Below are positions 37,438-47,833 of a stretch of DNA of 50,559 nt, piece after piece (within the stretch, counting starts at the first letter, position 1; the number at the start of each line of letters is the position of its first letter). The DNA lies in the NCBI GenBank assembly GCA_030529705.1, contig JAUMWM010000002.1, positions 1-50,559 of the forward strand. The letters are read 5' to 3'. The DNA comes from Lachnospiraceae bacterium (GTDB lineage Bacteria; Bacillota; Clostridia; Lachnospirales; Lachnospiraceae). Made by a program: the position numbers and the translations under genes. The notes below the pieces were generated by a model. That model was not told the DNA's origin. It saw only the letters and a list, made by a program, of their open reading frames with translations, and ran no database searches.

Positions 37438-40400
37438 TCAGCCATTGCGCCTCCTTTCCATCCATGTCAGGATTGAGACTCCTATCAGGGCAATAGCGGA
37501 TATAAGCGAGCCGCCCATCATGAAAGGCATGATTCCGATACTGCCGGTGTGCGGGAACTCATACGTCTTAAGGTCGTTCTGGATCGTTCCACCCGTCTTG
37601 ACGGATTCCTCCGTGTGGTTCTCAGCCTGGGCGCCGGCTTCATAATAGTACACGTTATAGTTGTCGCCGTCCCTCTGCTCAGAGATGAAGTATTCCCATC
37701 TGCCGGACTTGGCTGCGCCCTCGATTTCCATCGTTCCAAATGTCGGAAGGGAGCTGATTACGAATTTATAATCCGTGCCGTTCGGTACTCCGGTAATTGG
37801 ATATCTGGAATCTGCGCTCGCTATAGCGTTAGCCGTCAGCTCATACACTGCGGCAAATGCCGCATCCGCCACGCCTTCCGTTTCTCCTTCCGGAATCAGC
37901 TTGCGTCCCAGGACTACTTTGATTGTCTGCCCATCATGCCAAGTATCCTTGTTTTCACTTCCGCCGGTAGTCCATACTTTCGTGAAGTCGAAATTCGTCT
38001 GCTCTTCATTTGTAAAGTTATTTCCGTTCTGGACAGTCGTATAAGCAGAGGCCGATGAAGAATCCGTAGTCACGGTATACGTTCCATCCGCTTTCTTGAC
38101 TGCCGTGTAGGTCACGCCTCCCACTGTAAAGCTTGCCTCGGCTACCTCGTAAGTATACGCATACCCGGCATCGTCATACTTGGGAAGGTTGCTGTACTTA
38201 TAGTTGTTTCCGTCCCAAGCCGGCTGAAGGTTGCTTTGCCCGTCGGACGCCTTGACTGTCTCCTGCACCGAGCCTTCCTTTGCGCTCTTCCTTGTGAGCG
38301 TAAGGGTCGGAGGTTCATGGGTTTCTTTCGTATCAACCCAGGTCTTCGTGCCCTCCAGCGAGGTTGGCGGCAACTGATTGGTGAACGAGACATTTGCCAG
38401 ATCGTTCTTATCGGTTACCGGCTCAAATGTCGCCATCGCTGTCGTTTCGCCCTGTGCCGTTGCATCCGCAGGCGTTATGAGGGTTTCCACGACCTGGTAC
38501 TTCACGAGCTGCCCGTTTACATATTTCGGGAGATTCGTCCAGTCGACCGTCCAGGCCGACTTGTCTGTTGAAGCCGTGCCTTCCAGCTTGATCGTTACAT
38601 TTGCTGTATGTGTATTCGCCACCTCCGTAAGGTTCTCCACTTCCGTCCATGTCGAGCCGTCATCTAGGCTCTGTTTCAGCGTGAACGAAATGGATGCATT
38701 TGCTATCTTGTCCGTAATGTCCGCGCCATCGGAGTTCTTCCATGTCTTCGTGGCGCTGATGTCAACAAGTTCCTTGTTGTTCGTGATGGTTGCCTTTTCG
38801 CTCAACGTTTCAGCTGTGAGCGCAACGGTCGATTTGCCGTTAACAACCGTGTAATCCCCAATCCGGCTGCCTGCCGGCACATTAGAGGTCTCGCCCTGCA
38901 TCTCGAATACGTAGTATGTTCCAATCGGGAGATTGGTCCAACCTGTCTTCGCCGCTTCATTGGATGTGACAGCTACATTCGACGTATTCGCCACCCTTGT
39001 GAAGGTCTCGCCGTTCGAGGACAAGCCGAAGTAGAACACCGTCTTGTCAGCCGTATCTTGCACTCCGGCCTTCTGCGCAATCTTCTCGACCTCAATCTTG
39101 CCCAGCTGCTCGTTCGTGAACTCGGCATCGGCGGCCGCCTCCGCGGCAGTACTCTTCGTGACGACCAAGTCTTTTCCGTTCTTTGTAACGGCGACGCTTA
39201 CCCATTTCTGGCGGACGGTCGCATACTGGATGTTGTTCGCCTGGTCGATGCCATTTGCGTCAAGCGTTACGCTATCGGCTACAAGTTCTTCAATAAGGAA
39301 CCAATACGTTTTCCCTATATCGTCCTGGTTGAACTTAAAGTTATCAGGAAGCGGGAACGCGAGCGTCTGTTGCGTGCCGCCGGTTGTTGCGTTCGTGCTT
39401 ACCGTAACCGGCGAGGCTAACTTGATGTTATCCTGGACCTGGGTCGTACTGTTCTCCCCGGTGACCTGCGTCAGCTTGAACGTAAAAACATGGTTTGCAA
39501 GGTTGCCATTTGTGAAGGTCTTCCTGACCTTGAAATCAGTCTCGCCCTCCGCCTGGAATTTGTTCTCAACCTGCGCCTGAACCGTCTGAACCTGGCCCTC
39601 CGACCTGGCAGGAATTGTCACTTCTTGGTCTGCAGAGCCGATGTTCGACGTCGAACCTTGTACAAAGCCTGATGATGTATAGTCTTCCTCAGTGATGTAA
39701 TACTTCGTTCCGGCCGGAAGATTATTTACCTTCAGCGTCTGCCCATGTTTCAGGGATTGCGTAATGACCCCGTTCACAACTGACACGGTCGTCACGGAAT
39801 CATCCCCGGTCAAGGTTGCGGGATAGGTGGCGGCCAGGACCACGCCTTGCGGCGGCTCCAGGTGAATTTTGAATTCAAATGCCGTATCCGCGTCCGTCGT
39901 CCCGCTTACAGTTTTGGTCAGCTCCAGGTTGCCCGTGTCGATGTTGTTCGTAAATGTGGCATTGGCCTGCGCCGCTGCTGTGTCGCCGGGCTTAACCTCT
40001 ACTTGCGTCGTGTCTCCCGAAATCGATGTGCCCGTTCCGCTAATGCCGACAAGGCTCGTTCCGTTAACAGGCGCGTTTTCGGTTATGTTGTATTTGCCCG
40101 GAACCAGATTCGGAATGACTACGAATCCATCTGCCAGCGTAACCGCACTGCCGTCAAGCGTTGCCGAAGCCTGCCCATTCTCATCGAACGTTACAACAAC
40201 CGTTTTCGTGACAGCATTTTCTGATGCCGGATCTGTCGATACTGTGAAAGTATAGGAACCCTTTGCCAAATACTTAATCGAAGAATTTGCGACCACCTCG
40301 CCATTTACAGTAGCTTCCTTCTTGAGCTTCAGAGCCCCGTTCTGCCTGTTCGTGATGGTTACTTCGTCAGTCACGTTTTTCGTTATGGCCTTAGCTGTAT

Positions 40401-43400
40401 TCGTATTGCTGTAGACCGTTCCGATGTTGACCCAGCCATCCTTCGCATCCTCGGTGACCGCGTAGGTCGTTCCCTCCGGAAGATTGCTGATCGTAAGCTC
40501 TTCATTGGCCTTCAAGGTGATGCCGGTGGAGGCCAGGTTCGCTACGGAGACTTCCGTCAGGCTGCTGTTTCCTGTATGGACTGCCGGGTAGGTCGCCGCA
40601 AGCGCCGAGCCTTCGGGGGCGGTGAGCGTTACCTTGAAGGTGAACTCGTCCGTGGTGGAGCTGCCTTCGGTTACGGCTTTTTTGAGCTTCAGCTTTCCAA
40701 CGTTTATGTTGTTGGTAAATTCAGCTTTTCCGGCATCCGCAACCTCATCCCCACTCTTTCCGGTCTCGACCGTCACAATAATATAGCCATCCTCTGCGCT
40801 TCTTTCTTTACCGCCTGCTACGTTAAACAGACCGGCTCCATTCGTCGGCGCATCCTCAACAATCTTATAATCACCGATCGGAAGATTTGAAATCTCGACA
40901 AAGCCATCTGTACCTATTGAGATACTGGAGTCATTCTCTGGTTCAACTTTATTAATTACACCGTCTTTTATTGTGATGCTGATTGTTTTTGCAGGAGTTG
41001 TATTCCACTGAGTAGTATTGTCTCCTGTTGCCGAACCCTGTCCATCACCTGAATCACCGCTCGTTCCGCCAGCATTTGACGGCGCATAAATATTAAATGT
41101 ATACGTTCCATCTACGGCTTTTTTAAACGTATCATCGGTTATGGATGCAACTTCCGTCCCATTTACGGCTACCTTCTTCTTCAATTTCAGGCTGCCGCTT
41201 GTAGAATTCTTAAATACGATCAGTTCTTCCGGCTGCGTCAGCACTCCCGTATGCGAATCCGCTATGTCTGTCTTTACTTCCTGAGCTTCACCCTCTGAAT
41301 TATAGACGGTATACGTTATGGCCTTTGCGTATCCATCTGCGCCAATCTCTTCTACGAGATACCTGGTTCCTACGGCAAAATCCCAGAACATCAGCTGCTC
41401 TTTGTTTTTAAGCTGGAACTCACATACGCCGTTTACAAACTCATAATCGCTGTTTTGCGTGTTATAATCCGTATTGACGGTGCCGTCTTCATTCAAAACC
41501 GTGACTCTGAAATCGAAATACTTGTTCAGATCCTGCTCGTCACTGCTTTCGACCTGTTTCTCAACGACCAGGCCCTCAAGAGGCCAGTTCTTAATCTGAT
41601 GATTATCATTGAAGAAGAATACATAATTATTATAATCAACTAAGGCCATGTCGTTTACTATTGTGTACTGGTATGGGAAACTTATAGTCCCATATCCCGG
41701 CTTCGCCTCAATCTCCTCAAGGAAGTATTTTTCTCCGAAATAAATCAGGTATTCATTCCCATCAATGATAATCTCTCCATTCTCATCCGTCTCAAGAATC
41801 AGTTCTGTAACATTGCCATCGTGATCGAATGGTAAACGACGTTGAGAATAGAACTTAAACCTAACCCCTTCCAGCTTCTTGCTTGCATCATAGCCATCAA
41901 CTTTCACGATCTTAAGGTTTGCAACAGCGCCTTCGCCCTCGCTCTCACTTCCATATTCCTTAGATGATGTCGTATCTACAATTCTATTGCTTGTCGATGC
42001 CCTGTTTTTAATCGTAACTGGTCCGTTTCCGACTACAAGCGCCTCATAAGTAATGGTTACCTTTGTCGCATTCGGTATCTGATAGGTCGCAATCGTCTCG
42101 TGCGTTTCCCTATCTCCTTTTAAAGAATATGGAACGGGCACGTTTGCCGGATCAGTCTCAATCTTGATGGAACCATAGTCAATACTCAAAGTATTAGATA
42201 GGGTATCCGTCATCGTTATAGTATCACTCGTCTCATCATCCGGTTGAAGCATCAGCTTCTCTGGATTGAATACAATCTGATACTTTGCAATTCTGTTCGT
42301 TCCTCCTAATTCCGATTCGTTTAACAACTGTTTATCAATATAATTCGTCTTGACCTTAAAGGAGAATTCACTCTCGTAATCTCCCCATTTAGCAGTGTTC
42401 TCGACCGAATAGTCACCGCCGTTTGCCTTCGCCAGTGCTTCCAGGTCAACACCATCTCTCACCTGTAGAAAATAAATAATCCTGTAATGACGATAATAGC
42501 TTCCGTCCTCATGTTTAGGTATGCTCGCCACATTAAGCGTAACCCCTTCCGGCGTTTCTGTATAGCTAATGGGAGTTTTTGTTTCGTTTTCAAAAACCTG
42601 ACCAGGTCTATCACCGCCACAAATGTACATATGTCTATACAGATTAGCTGCTCCGCCTTTTACAAGCTCCGGGTCAGCTACTTTCAGAATTGATGTATCA
42701 AACTTATCCTCTATCGTAAAGGAATCCATTCCTGGCTTGGTAATCCAAAGCACATACTTTAAAAACGTATAATTACCCCATACATAAACTGGATAATCAG
42801 TTGGAGTGTTCTCTGTGTTGTAAACTGAACCTATTTTTTCAAAACCAGTTTTTGCAAACTGAGCAGAAGCTGTAGACGGTTTTCCATTAATGTCCGCCGT
42901 ATTTTTATGTTCTCTTGTTGAATCATTTGCGGGATAAGCATAGTTTTCCGCAAGCCATTCCGGATCAACTACCGTCGAGTACCTAATTATAACATCATGT
43001 CCCTCTGCTGAACTTCGTAATCCGGGCTGCTGCTTTCCCGGATCCTTATAAAAAGTAATCTTAAAATATGCATTACCACTAGTATTATCTAGGTCAGAAA
43101 TATCGGGGTCACCAGCTGTTTCTCCATCAATCAATCCTTCATATGATATGCTTCCTCTAATTAATTCTTCAAAAATATATTTGCTCTCAGCATGACTGCT
43201 TTTAAAGGTGTTCGTATGAACATGCGGCAACGTATCTGTTAATACTGCTGCTGACAATCCGGCAGGTGGAACGTGGATTACAACCTTCCAGTTTATCTGC
43301 GTCTCTGACTGACTTTCTACCGACTTATTGATTGTTACTGCATTGTCAGGTTCAATGCTTACGCTACCCTGATCTCCGTTAGCATCATTTTTCAGAGTGA

Positions 43401-46400
43401 CCTGTACGCCTTTTTCATTTACTTTTTCGATATCTACAATGGTTTCATAAGTTATGACATACTTATATTTATGGCCCGCATCGCTTTGCGGAATTTTGTA
43501 GGTCCACGTATAATCCGTTTTATTCTCTAACTGAACATTTCTGTCAGTTCTGACAAGATTATTATTTTCGTCATACACCTTAACATCCGGATTCGCCCCA
43601 TGATACTTCATGTACTCCCTGGAGTCTGCTGATATCGTATCCGTAATTAAGTCTCCGGCTGCTGACACCACCCTCTCTTTATTGTACTCGATTGTCCACT
43701 TTACAATCTTGTCGCCATTGGCTTCCGTTCTAATTACCGTACCATCGTTTTTATCAGCGGACTTATATTTAATCTCATGACCATACTCCGAGTAACGCGG
43801 TTCTCCCCCTTTTGGCTTTGCTACAACCGTATTTTTTGTCTGATCACGCGTGATAATGCCATCCTTATCAGCATCTTTCGTAAAATTAACTCTAGCAGTA
43901 TAGGTTATCGTAATTTCCTGTCCCTCTGACATAGATGGGAATGTATAGTCAAACCCATTTGACGAGCCGTTATTAGTGTACTGTACGCTCGGGGACACTC
44001 TGACATCGTTATTGAAAATGAGCGCATCCCCGACAATCTGATCCTTTACATTAACATCCGTCACATCTCCATTTGCATGAACCTTGATTGTATATGTAAA
44101 CGTGCCGGTGTCCCCATCATATGACCCCTGTTTTGAGACATACACGTCACCCGGTTTCGGCTCTTCGAAAACAATCGTCCTCTCTACGCCTGAACCGAAA
44201 TCAAGATGCATCTTGCTGCCATCGAACTGTGCATAATACGAAAATCTGAAACTAACATTTGTAGCCTGCTCCAGTTTCACATAATCCGGGTCATTCTGAT
44301 CAAAATTAATTGACAGTTTTCCATCTGTTGTAAGCGCATATGTCGCATCGACCTGATATGTTCTTCCTTTATATACAACGTTTATCGTGAGGCTTCCGCT
44401 TTGCGCACCCACAATCGAGACACCCTGCGGCATCTGATATGTCAGCGTGGCATCATTTTTGAACTGATAGTCCATGTCCTCCGAGAATACTGCAATCAGG
44501 TTATAATTCGTATCTTTTTGAACCTGGTAGGAGCCATCTCCTTGCTGCACCGCCCCGACAATGGTAATGTTGTCAAGGAAGTTAGTCAAATCAGTGCTTT
44601 CCTGCACGTCTTTTACTGTAATAGCGTATATTCTCCCATCCAGTTCGATGGAAAGGGTGTATATGTTGCCGAACGGCACATCGCTCTTCAACAGCCAGTC
44701 ATTATCAGTTTTCTCCACATAAAACTCATTATCGCTAACCGCCTCATCTTTCTGGGCTATGAGTTCCGTAGAAACATTCTTAATTTCGGAAACAGACTCC
44801 TCGATTCCGAGTATCGGGAGTAATTCGGAGAGCAGAATCTGATGATCTCCGTCCAAGTAATAGGTATATCCGTTGTAAATAAAGTCAACGGTATAGACAA
44901 CGCCGTAGACAGAGAAGCTCTCCGCCTCGAATTTCACTCCGCTTAGTTCGTCTCCATTACCCTTGACTACAGAATCTATCTGTTCAGAGCCCTCGTCGCT
45001 TATATGAACCATGTTCACATTATCAATCTGAACATCAGCTTCCGCTTCATCATACTGAATGTCAACCTTTACCTTGGCATTGGGTTCGAACTCTCCTTCT
45101 TTTGTCATAATCTTAATGTCAAAGAACCGACCGGACAGGGAAATTTCTGCATCAGAACTGATGCCGAGCGCCCTCTTGGCCTCCGCAATATAATTCTCGT
45201 ATTCTTCCGTCCCGCTGACGATTTCCCTGACCATCAACTTGGCAACGTCCGGAATCCCCGCGTCCTCGCCGTAGGTCATCGTCACGGTGTAGTCGGGTCC
45301 GCTGGCCGTGAGAGTCTTTTCGGGTACAACGTCAAGGCCCGCATCCTGCAGGACTCTGTCCTGGTCTGCCGGCATCGCCACGCCGTTCTCGTATGTGTAG
45401 GTGGCGGAACCCGTGCTGCCGTTCACGCTGACCTTGGTAACATAGTAATTCTGTCCGGCATTTGCGTCGGAGGCTTTCGCCGTTGTTGCAAATGCCAGCG
45501 CGATCGTTCCGTCTGCCGCCTCAACGTCCGTCAGGGTCTTTACATGGATGCCGACAAATGTCACGGTCGATGCGTCGCTGATCGCCTGCACATCGTCCCA
45601 TGTATAGAGAAGGCCGTTGTCGCCGATGAAAGTCACTTCGTAGGCTTCATTTCCGACAAATGCAATCTCCTCGCCGCCGATTGTCGCAGCGCCGCCCCAT
45701 GCCTGGACTGCCTCCGCAGTCATGCCGTGGCTCTTGCCTGTGGCCGTATCCACGCGGATTATAGCACCCGCCGGAAGGGTCGCTTCCGGCAGCTGGGCTA
45801 CTGCGTTCCATGCCATGTTGATCGTCGTTCCGTCTTCGGAAATGCCGGCATCGGCTACCGTGACAACGACGTCGCTATCCGCTGCCTCCTCTGTGCTGTC
45901 AAGGTCTTCCTCTCCCATGCCGATGATGTGGCTGTCAGCGGAGAGGCCGGCGATCTCTTCAAGCAGGGCGCCGCCTGTGATTTCTTCCGTGTCTGCCTGC
46001 GGCGCATCTGCAGGATCCGCATTGTCGGCTGCGCCAATCTCCGGGTTCTGCTCGTCTTCCACTGCCGGGACTACCGGATTTCCGTCTTCATCCACATATG
46101 TCCCGTCTTCCAGCTGGGTCCATTCTGCCGGGATTTCCGCCTCGGCTATGGCGCCATCCTGCGGTGCTGCGGTGGCTGCTTCGTCCTGGGTTGCGTCTGC
46201 GTTTTCAATTGTTAACGCATCGGCGCCCGCTACATCTTCGCTCGCTTTTGCAACTGCGTCTTCATTCGCATTTGCCGGCGCATCTGCGCCCTCAAGAGCC
46301 TGGTCCTTAGAATCGTTCGGTTCAGCTACCGCGTCCATGGGAATCGAAGTCGGCTCCAAAACGATCGGGAGGGAGCTGTCCGCATTTGCAGTATCCTCTG

Positions 46401-47448
46401 CATTTGCGGAAGCATTTTCAGCCGCCTGGATGTCAAGGTCGTTTTCAGCCTGGTTCGCCGTGCCGTCATCGGCGGGAACGACTTCCGGGGCGGCATTTGC
46501 AGATGAATTATCTTTCACCGGCTCCGCTGCGGAAACGTCCTGCGCCTCTGCCTTCTTCGGATTTAAAATGCCATAGCCATGGATTGTTTCAAATGCCACG
46601 TCGCCTTCCTTGCGATTCTTCACCGAGACGCGGATTTCTTCTACGGCGTTATTCGAATTTCCGAGGATTACGGAGAGGGACTTGAGGTCGTCGCCGAAAA
46701 TGCCAAGGCCGAGGAAGCCCTTGTTCACGTCCGTCACGATGCCGACATGGATGTAATCACCTGCCTTTGGCGTGAAGAAAACAAGGTCGCCGGGTTCCGG
46801 GCTATAGTCCGCGGCATCCGCATATTTTCCGGCCGCGGCGAGCGCGCCGGCCCAGTTGCCCGCATCTTTATCGAATCCGAGGTCGTCGATGCCGGCATGG
46901 TACAGCACGAAGGAGGCGAACATGGCGTCCCAGTCTTCGTATGCGTAGGAGGAGATGCCATTTTCAAGCCTTGCGCCGCTGCCGTCGACCATCTCGCTGT
47001 ACCAGTCGCCGTAACGCGAATAGCCCTGCGTCTGATTCCCATCAGATACAAGGTAGTTTTTATCGCTCTCTCTGTAGCCAATCTGGCTATTCGCCACATT
47101 GCAGACATCATATGCCCTATCGCCGGTTACGGCGGGAATGTCGGCCGTCCATGCGGCCGGAGCCTCGATGTCCGCCGCCAGGTCTGCGTAGCAGGCTAAC
47201 GTGTGCTCATGTTCCGCCAGGGGGCAGATAAGATTCCCCTCCGCATCGAAGCATTCGCCCTCGTGGACGTGTTCTTCGTACCCGCACTTCGCGTCCTGCG
47301 AGGTCATGGTGATGGCCGGCAGGATGAGCGCATAGGTCGTGCAGAACACGATGATGACCGCCAGCAGCTTGGCAACCCTCTTCCATCTGCTGTGCAGGAT
47401 ATTCGCTGTGACTCTCTCTCTGGGATTATCGGTATTTTTTGACGCCAT
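37438..47448 (-). CDS. Putative pilus tip adhesin with His/Cys motif, CHAP-like domain and isopeptide domains, 3336 aa
   Basis: N-terminal VIIVFCTTYALILPAIT segment; two C...EH.H...C units; CHAP-like A.SQIGY.E...YSRYG.WY...WDAMF.SF...PGDLVFF...HVGIV; SpaA/Cna/FctA-like domains; FPHTG, TM, RRR; RBS AGGGGGGAG. Confidence 0.85.
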   Translation of the reverse strand: MASKNTDNPRERVTANILHSRWKRVAKLLAVIIVFCTTYALILPAITMTSQDAKCGYEEHVHEGECFDAEGNLICPLAEHEHTLACYADLAADIEAPAAWTADIPAVTGDRAYDVCNVANSQIGYRESDKNYLVSDGNQTQGYSRYGDWYSEMVDGSGARLENGISSYAYEDWDAMFASFVLYHAGIDDLGFDKDAGNWAGALAAAGKYADAADYSPEPGDLVFFTPKAGDYIHVGIVTDVNKGFLGLGIFGDDLKSLSVILGNSNNAVEEIRVSVKNRKEGDVAFETIHGYGILNPKKAEAQDVSAAEPVKDNSSANAAPEVVPADDGTANQAENDLDIQAAENASANAEDTANADSSLPIVLEPTSIPMDAVAEPNDSKDQALEGADAPANANEDAVAKASEDVAGADALTIENADATQDEAATAAPQDGAIAEAEIPAEWTQLEDGTYVDEDGNPVVPAVEDEQNPEIGAADNADPADAPQADTEEITGGALLEEIAGLSADSHIIGMGEEDLDSTEEAADSDVVVTVADAGISEDGTTINMAWNAVAQLPEATLPAGAIIRVDTATGKSHGMTAEAVQAWGGAATIGGEEIAFVGNEAYEVTFIGDNGLLYTWDDVQAISDASTVTFVGIHVKTLTDVEAADGTIALAFATTAKASDANAGQNYYVTKVSVNGSTGSATYTYENGVAMPADQDRVLQDAGLDVVPEKTLTASGPDYTVTMTYGEDAGIPDVAKLMVREIVSGTEEYENYIAEAKRALGISSDAEISLSGRFFDIKIMTKEGEFEPNAKVKVDIQYDEAEADVQIDNVNMVHISDEGSEQIDSVVKGNGDELSGVKFEAESFSVYGVVYTVDFIYNGYTYYLDGDHQILLSELLPILGIEESVSEIKNVSTELIAQKDEAVSDNEFYVEKTDNDWLLKSDVPFGNIYTLSIELDGRIYAITVKDVQESTDLTNFLDNITIVGAVQQGDGSYQVQKDTNYNLIAVFSEDMDYQFKNDATLTYQMPQGVSIVGAQSGSLTINVVYKGRTYQVDATYALTTDGKLSINFDQNDPDYVKLEQATNVSFRFSYYAQFDGSKMHLDFGSGVERTIVFEEPKPGDVYVSKQGSYDGDTGTFTYTIKVHANGDVTDVNVKDQIVGDALIFNNDVRVSPSVQYTNNGSSNGFDYTFPSMSEGQEITITYTARVNFTKDADKDGIITRDQTKNTVVAKPKGGEPRYSEYGHEIKYKSADKNDGTVIRTEANGDKIVKWTIEYNKERVVSAAGDLITDTISADSREYMKYHGANPDVKVYDENNNLVRTDRNVQLENKTDYTWTYKIPQSDAGHKYKYVITYETIVDIEKVNEKGVQVTLKNDANGDQGSVSIEPDNAVTINKSVESQSETQINWKVVIHVPPAGLSAAVLTDTLPHVHTNTFKSSHAESKYIFEELIRGSISYEGLIDGETAGDPDISDLDNTSGNAYFKITFYKDPGKQQPGLRSSAEGHDVIIRYSTVVDPEWLAENYAYPANDSTREHKNTADINGKPSTASAQFAKTGFEKIGSVYNTENTPTDYPVYVWGNYTFLKYVLWITKPGMDSFTIEDKFDTSILKVADPELVKGGAANLYRHMYICGGDRPGQVFENETKTPISYTETPEGVTLNVASIPKHEDGSYYRHYRIIYFLQVRDGVDLEALAKANGGDYSVENTAKWGDYESEFSFKVKTNYIDKQLLNESELGGTNRIAKYQIVFNPEKLMLQPDDETSDTITMTDTLSNTLSIDYGSIKIETDPANVPVPYSLKGDRETHETIATYQIPNATKVTITYEALVVGNGPVTIKNRASTSNRIVDTTSSKEYGSESEGEGAVANLKIVKVDGYDASKKLEGVRFKFYSQRRLPFDHDGNVTELILETDENGEIIIDGNEYLIYFGEKYFLEEIEAKPGYGTISFPYQYTIVNDMALVDYNNYVFFFNDNHQIKNWPLEGLVVEKQVESSDEQDLNKYFDFRVTVLNEDGTVNTDYNTQNSDYEFVNGVCEFQLKNKEQLMFWDFAVGTRYLVEEIGADGYAKAITYTVYNSEGEAQEVKTDIADSHTGVLTQPEELIVFKNSTSGSLKLKKKVAVNGTEVASITDDTFKKAVDGTYTFNIYAPSNAGGTSGDSGDGQGSATGDNTTQWNTTPAKTISITIKDGVINKVEPENDSSISIGTDGFVEISNLPIGDYKIVEDAPTNGAGLFNVAGGKERSAEDGYIIVTVETGKSGDEVADAGKAEFTNNINVGKLKLKKAVTEGSSTTDEFTFKVTLTAPEGSALAATYPAVHTGNSSLTEVSVANLASTGITLKANEELTISNLPEGTTYAVTEDAKDGWVNIGTVYSNTNTAKAITKNVTDEVTITNRQNGALKLKKEATVNGEVVANSSIKYLAKGSYTFTVSTDPASENAVTKTVVVTFDENGQASATLDGSAVTLADGFVVIPNLVPGKYNITENAPVNGTSLVGISGTGTSISGDTTQVEVKPGDTAAAQANATFTNNIDTGNLELTKTVSGTTDADTAFEFKIHLEPPQGVVLAATYPATLTGDDSVTTVSVVNGVITQSLKHGQTLKVNNLPAGTKYYITEEDYTSSGFVQGSTSNIGSADQEVTIPARSEGQVQTVQAQVENKFQAEGETDFKVRKTFTNGNLANHVFTFKLTQVTGENSTTQVQDNIKLASPVTVSTNATTGGTQQTLAFPLPDNFKFNQDDIGKTYWFLIEELVADSVTLDANGIDQANNIQYATVRQKWVSVAVTKNGKDLVVTKSTAAEAAADAEFTNEQLGKIEVEKIAQKAGVQDTADKTVFYFGLSSNGETFTRVANTSNVAVTSNEAAKTGWTNLPIGTYYVFEMQGETSNVPAGSRIGDYTVVNGKSTVALTAETLSEKATITNNKELVDISATKTWKNSDGADITDKIANASISFTLKQSLDDGSTWTEVENLTEVANTHTANVTIKLEGTASTDKSAWTVDWTNLPKYVNGQLVKYQVVETLITPADATAQGETTAMATFEPVTDKNDLANVSFTNQLPPTSLEGTKTWVDTKETHEPPTLTLTRKSAKEGSVQETVKASDGQSNLQPAWDGNNYKYSNLPKYDDAGYAYTYEVAEASFTVGGVTYTAVKKADGTYTVTTDSSSASAYTTVQNGNNFTNEEQTNFDFTKVWTTGGSENKDTWHDGQTIKVVLGRKLIPEGETEGVADAAFAAVYELTANAIASADSRYPITGVPNGTDYKFVISSLPTFGTMEIEGAAKSGRWEYFISEQRDGDNYNVYYYEAGAQAENHTEESVKTGGTIQNDLKTYEFPHTGSIGIMPFMMGGSLISAIALIGVSILTWMERRRNG

Positions 47449-47566
47449 GAATTCTCCCCCCTATGATTCTCGCTATATAACCGTGAAACAGGACTTGTGC
47501 AGAAGTTCGCAGTGTGAGGTTGACTGCAGAACGCACTCTCCCCTATGATAAGCATACTCTAATACA

Positions 47567-47632
47567 AATATAATGCATTTGTTCAAGAATGGCAATCTAT
47601 TATTTGTTGCAAAATGTTATTTATTTGTTGCA
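47567..47632 (-). promoter_or_regulatory. Pilus operon promoter with an upstream tandem site
   Basis: TTGCCA (47595-47590), 17 bp, TATATT (47572-47567); perfect TTATTTGTTGCA at 47600 and 47621. Confidence 0.6.
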
Positions 47633-47693
47633 TTTTTATAAAAAGGAGAACGCTTCAGGAGAAGGGCAAAACGCACTGGGGATAGATGTTAAA

Positions 47694-47736
47694 GGACGTT
47701 CCCACCTGGCAGTTTAAGTGCCGGATGGGAACGTCC
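47694..47736. repeat. REP-like hairpin, GGACGTTCCCA / TGGGAACGTCC variant
   Basis: 11-bp perfect outer stem extended by an imperfect inner stem. Confidence 0.6.
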
Positions 47737-47800
47737 CTTTATGTCATCTTACAAATGTTGCCCTGTTATTTATCCCAATATGGTTGGATGCGTGTTTTTC

Positions 47801-47831
47801 GGCCCAAAAGGACCGTCCCCGCGGGCTGAAG
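47801..47831. repeat. Solitary REP arm
   Basis: GGCCCAAAAGGACCGTCCCCGCGGGCTGAAG matches the arms at 7423-7446 and 7463-7490. Confidence 0.85.
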
Positions 47832-47833
47832 GT

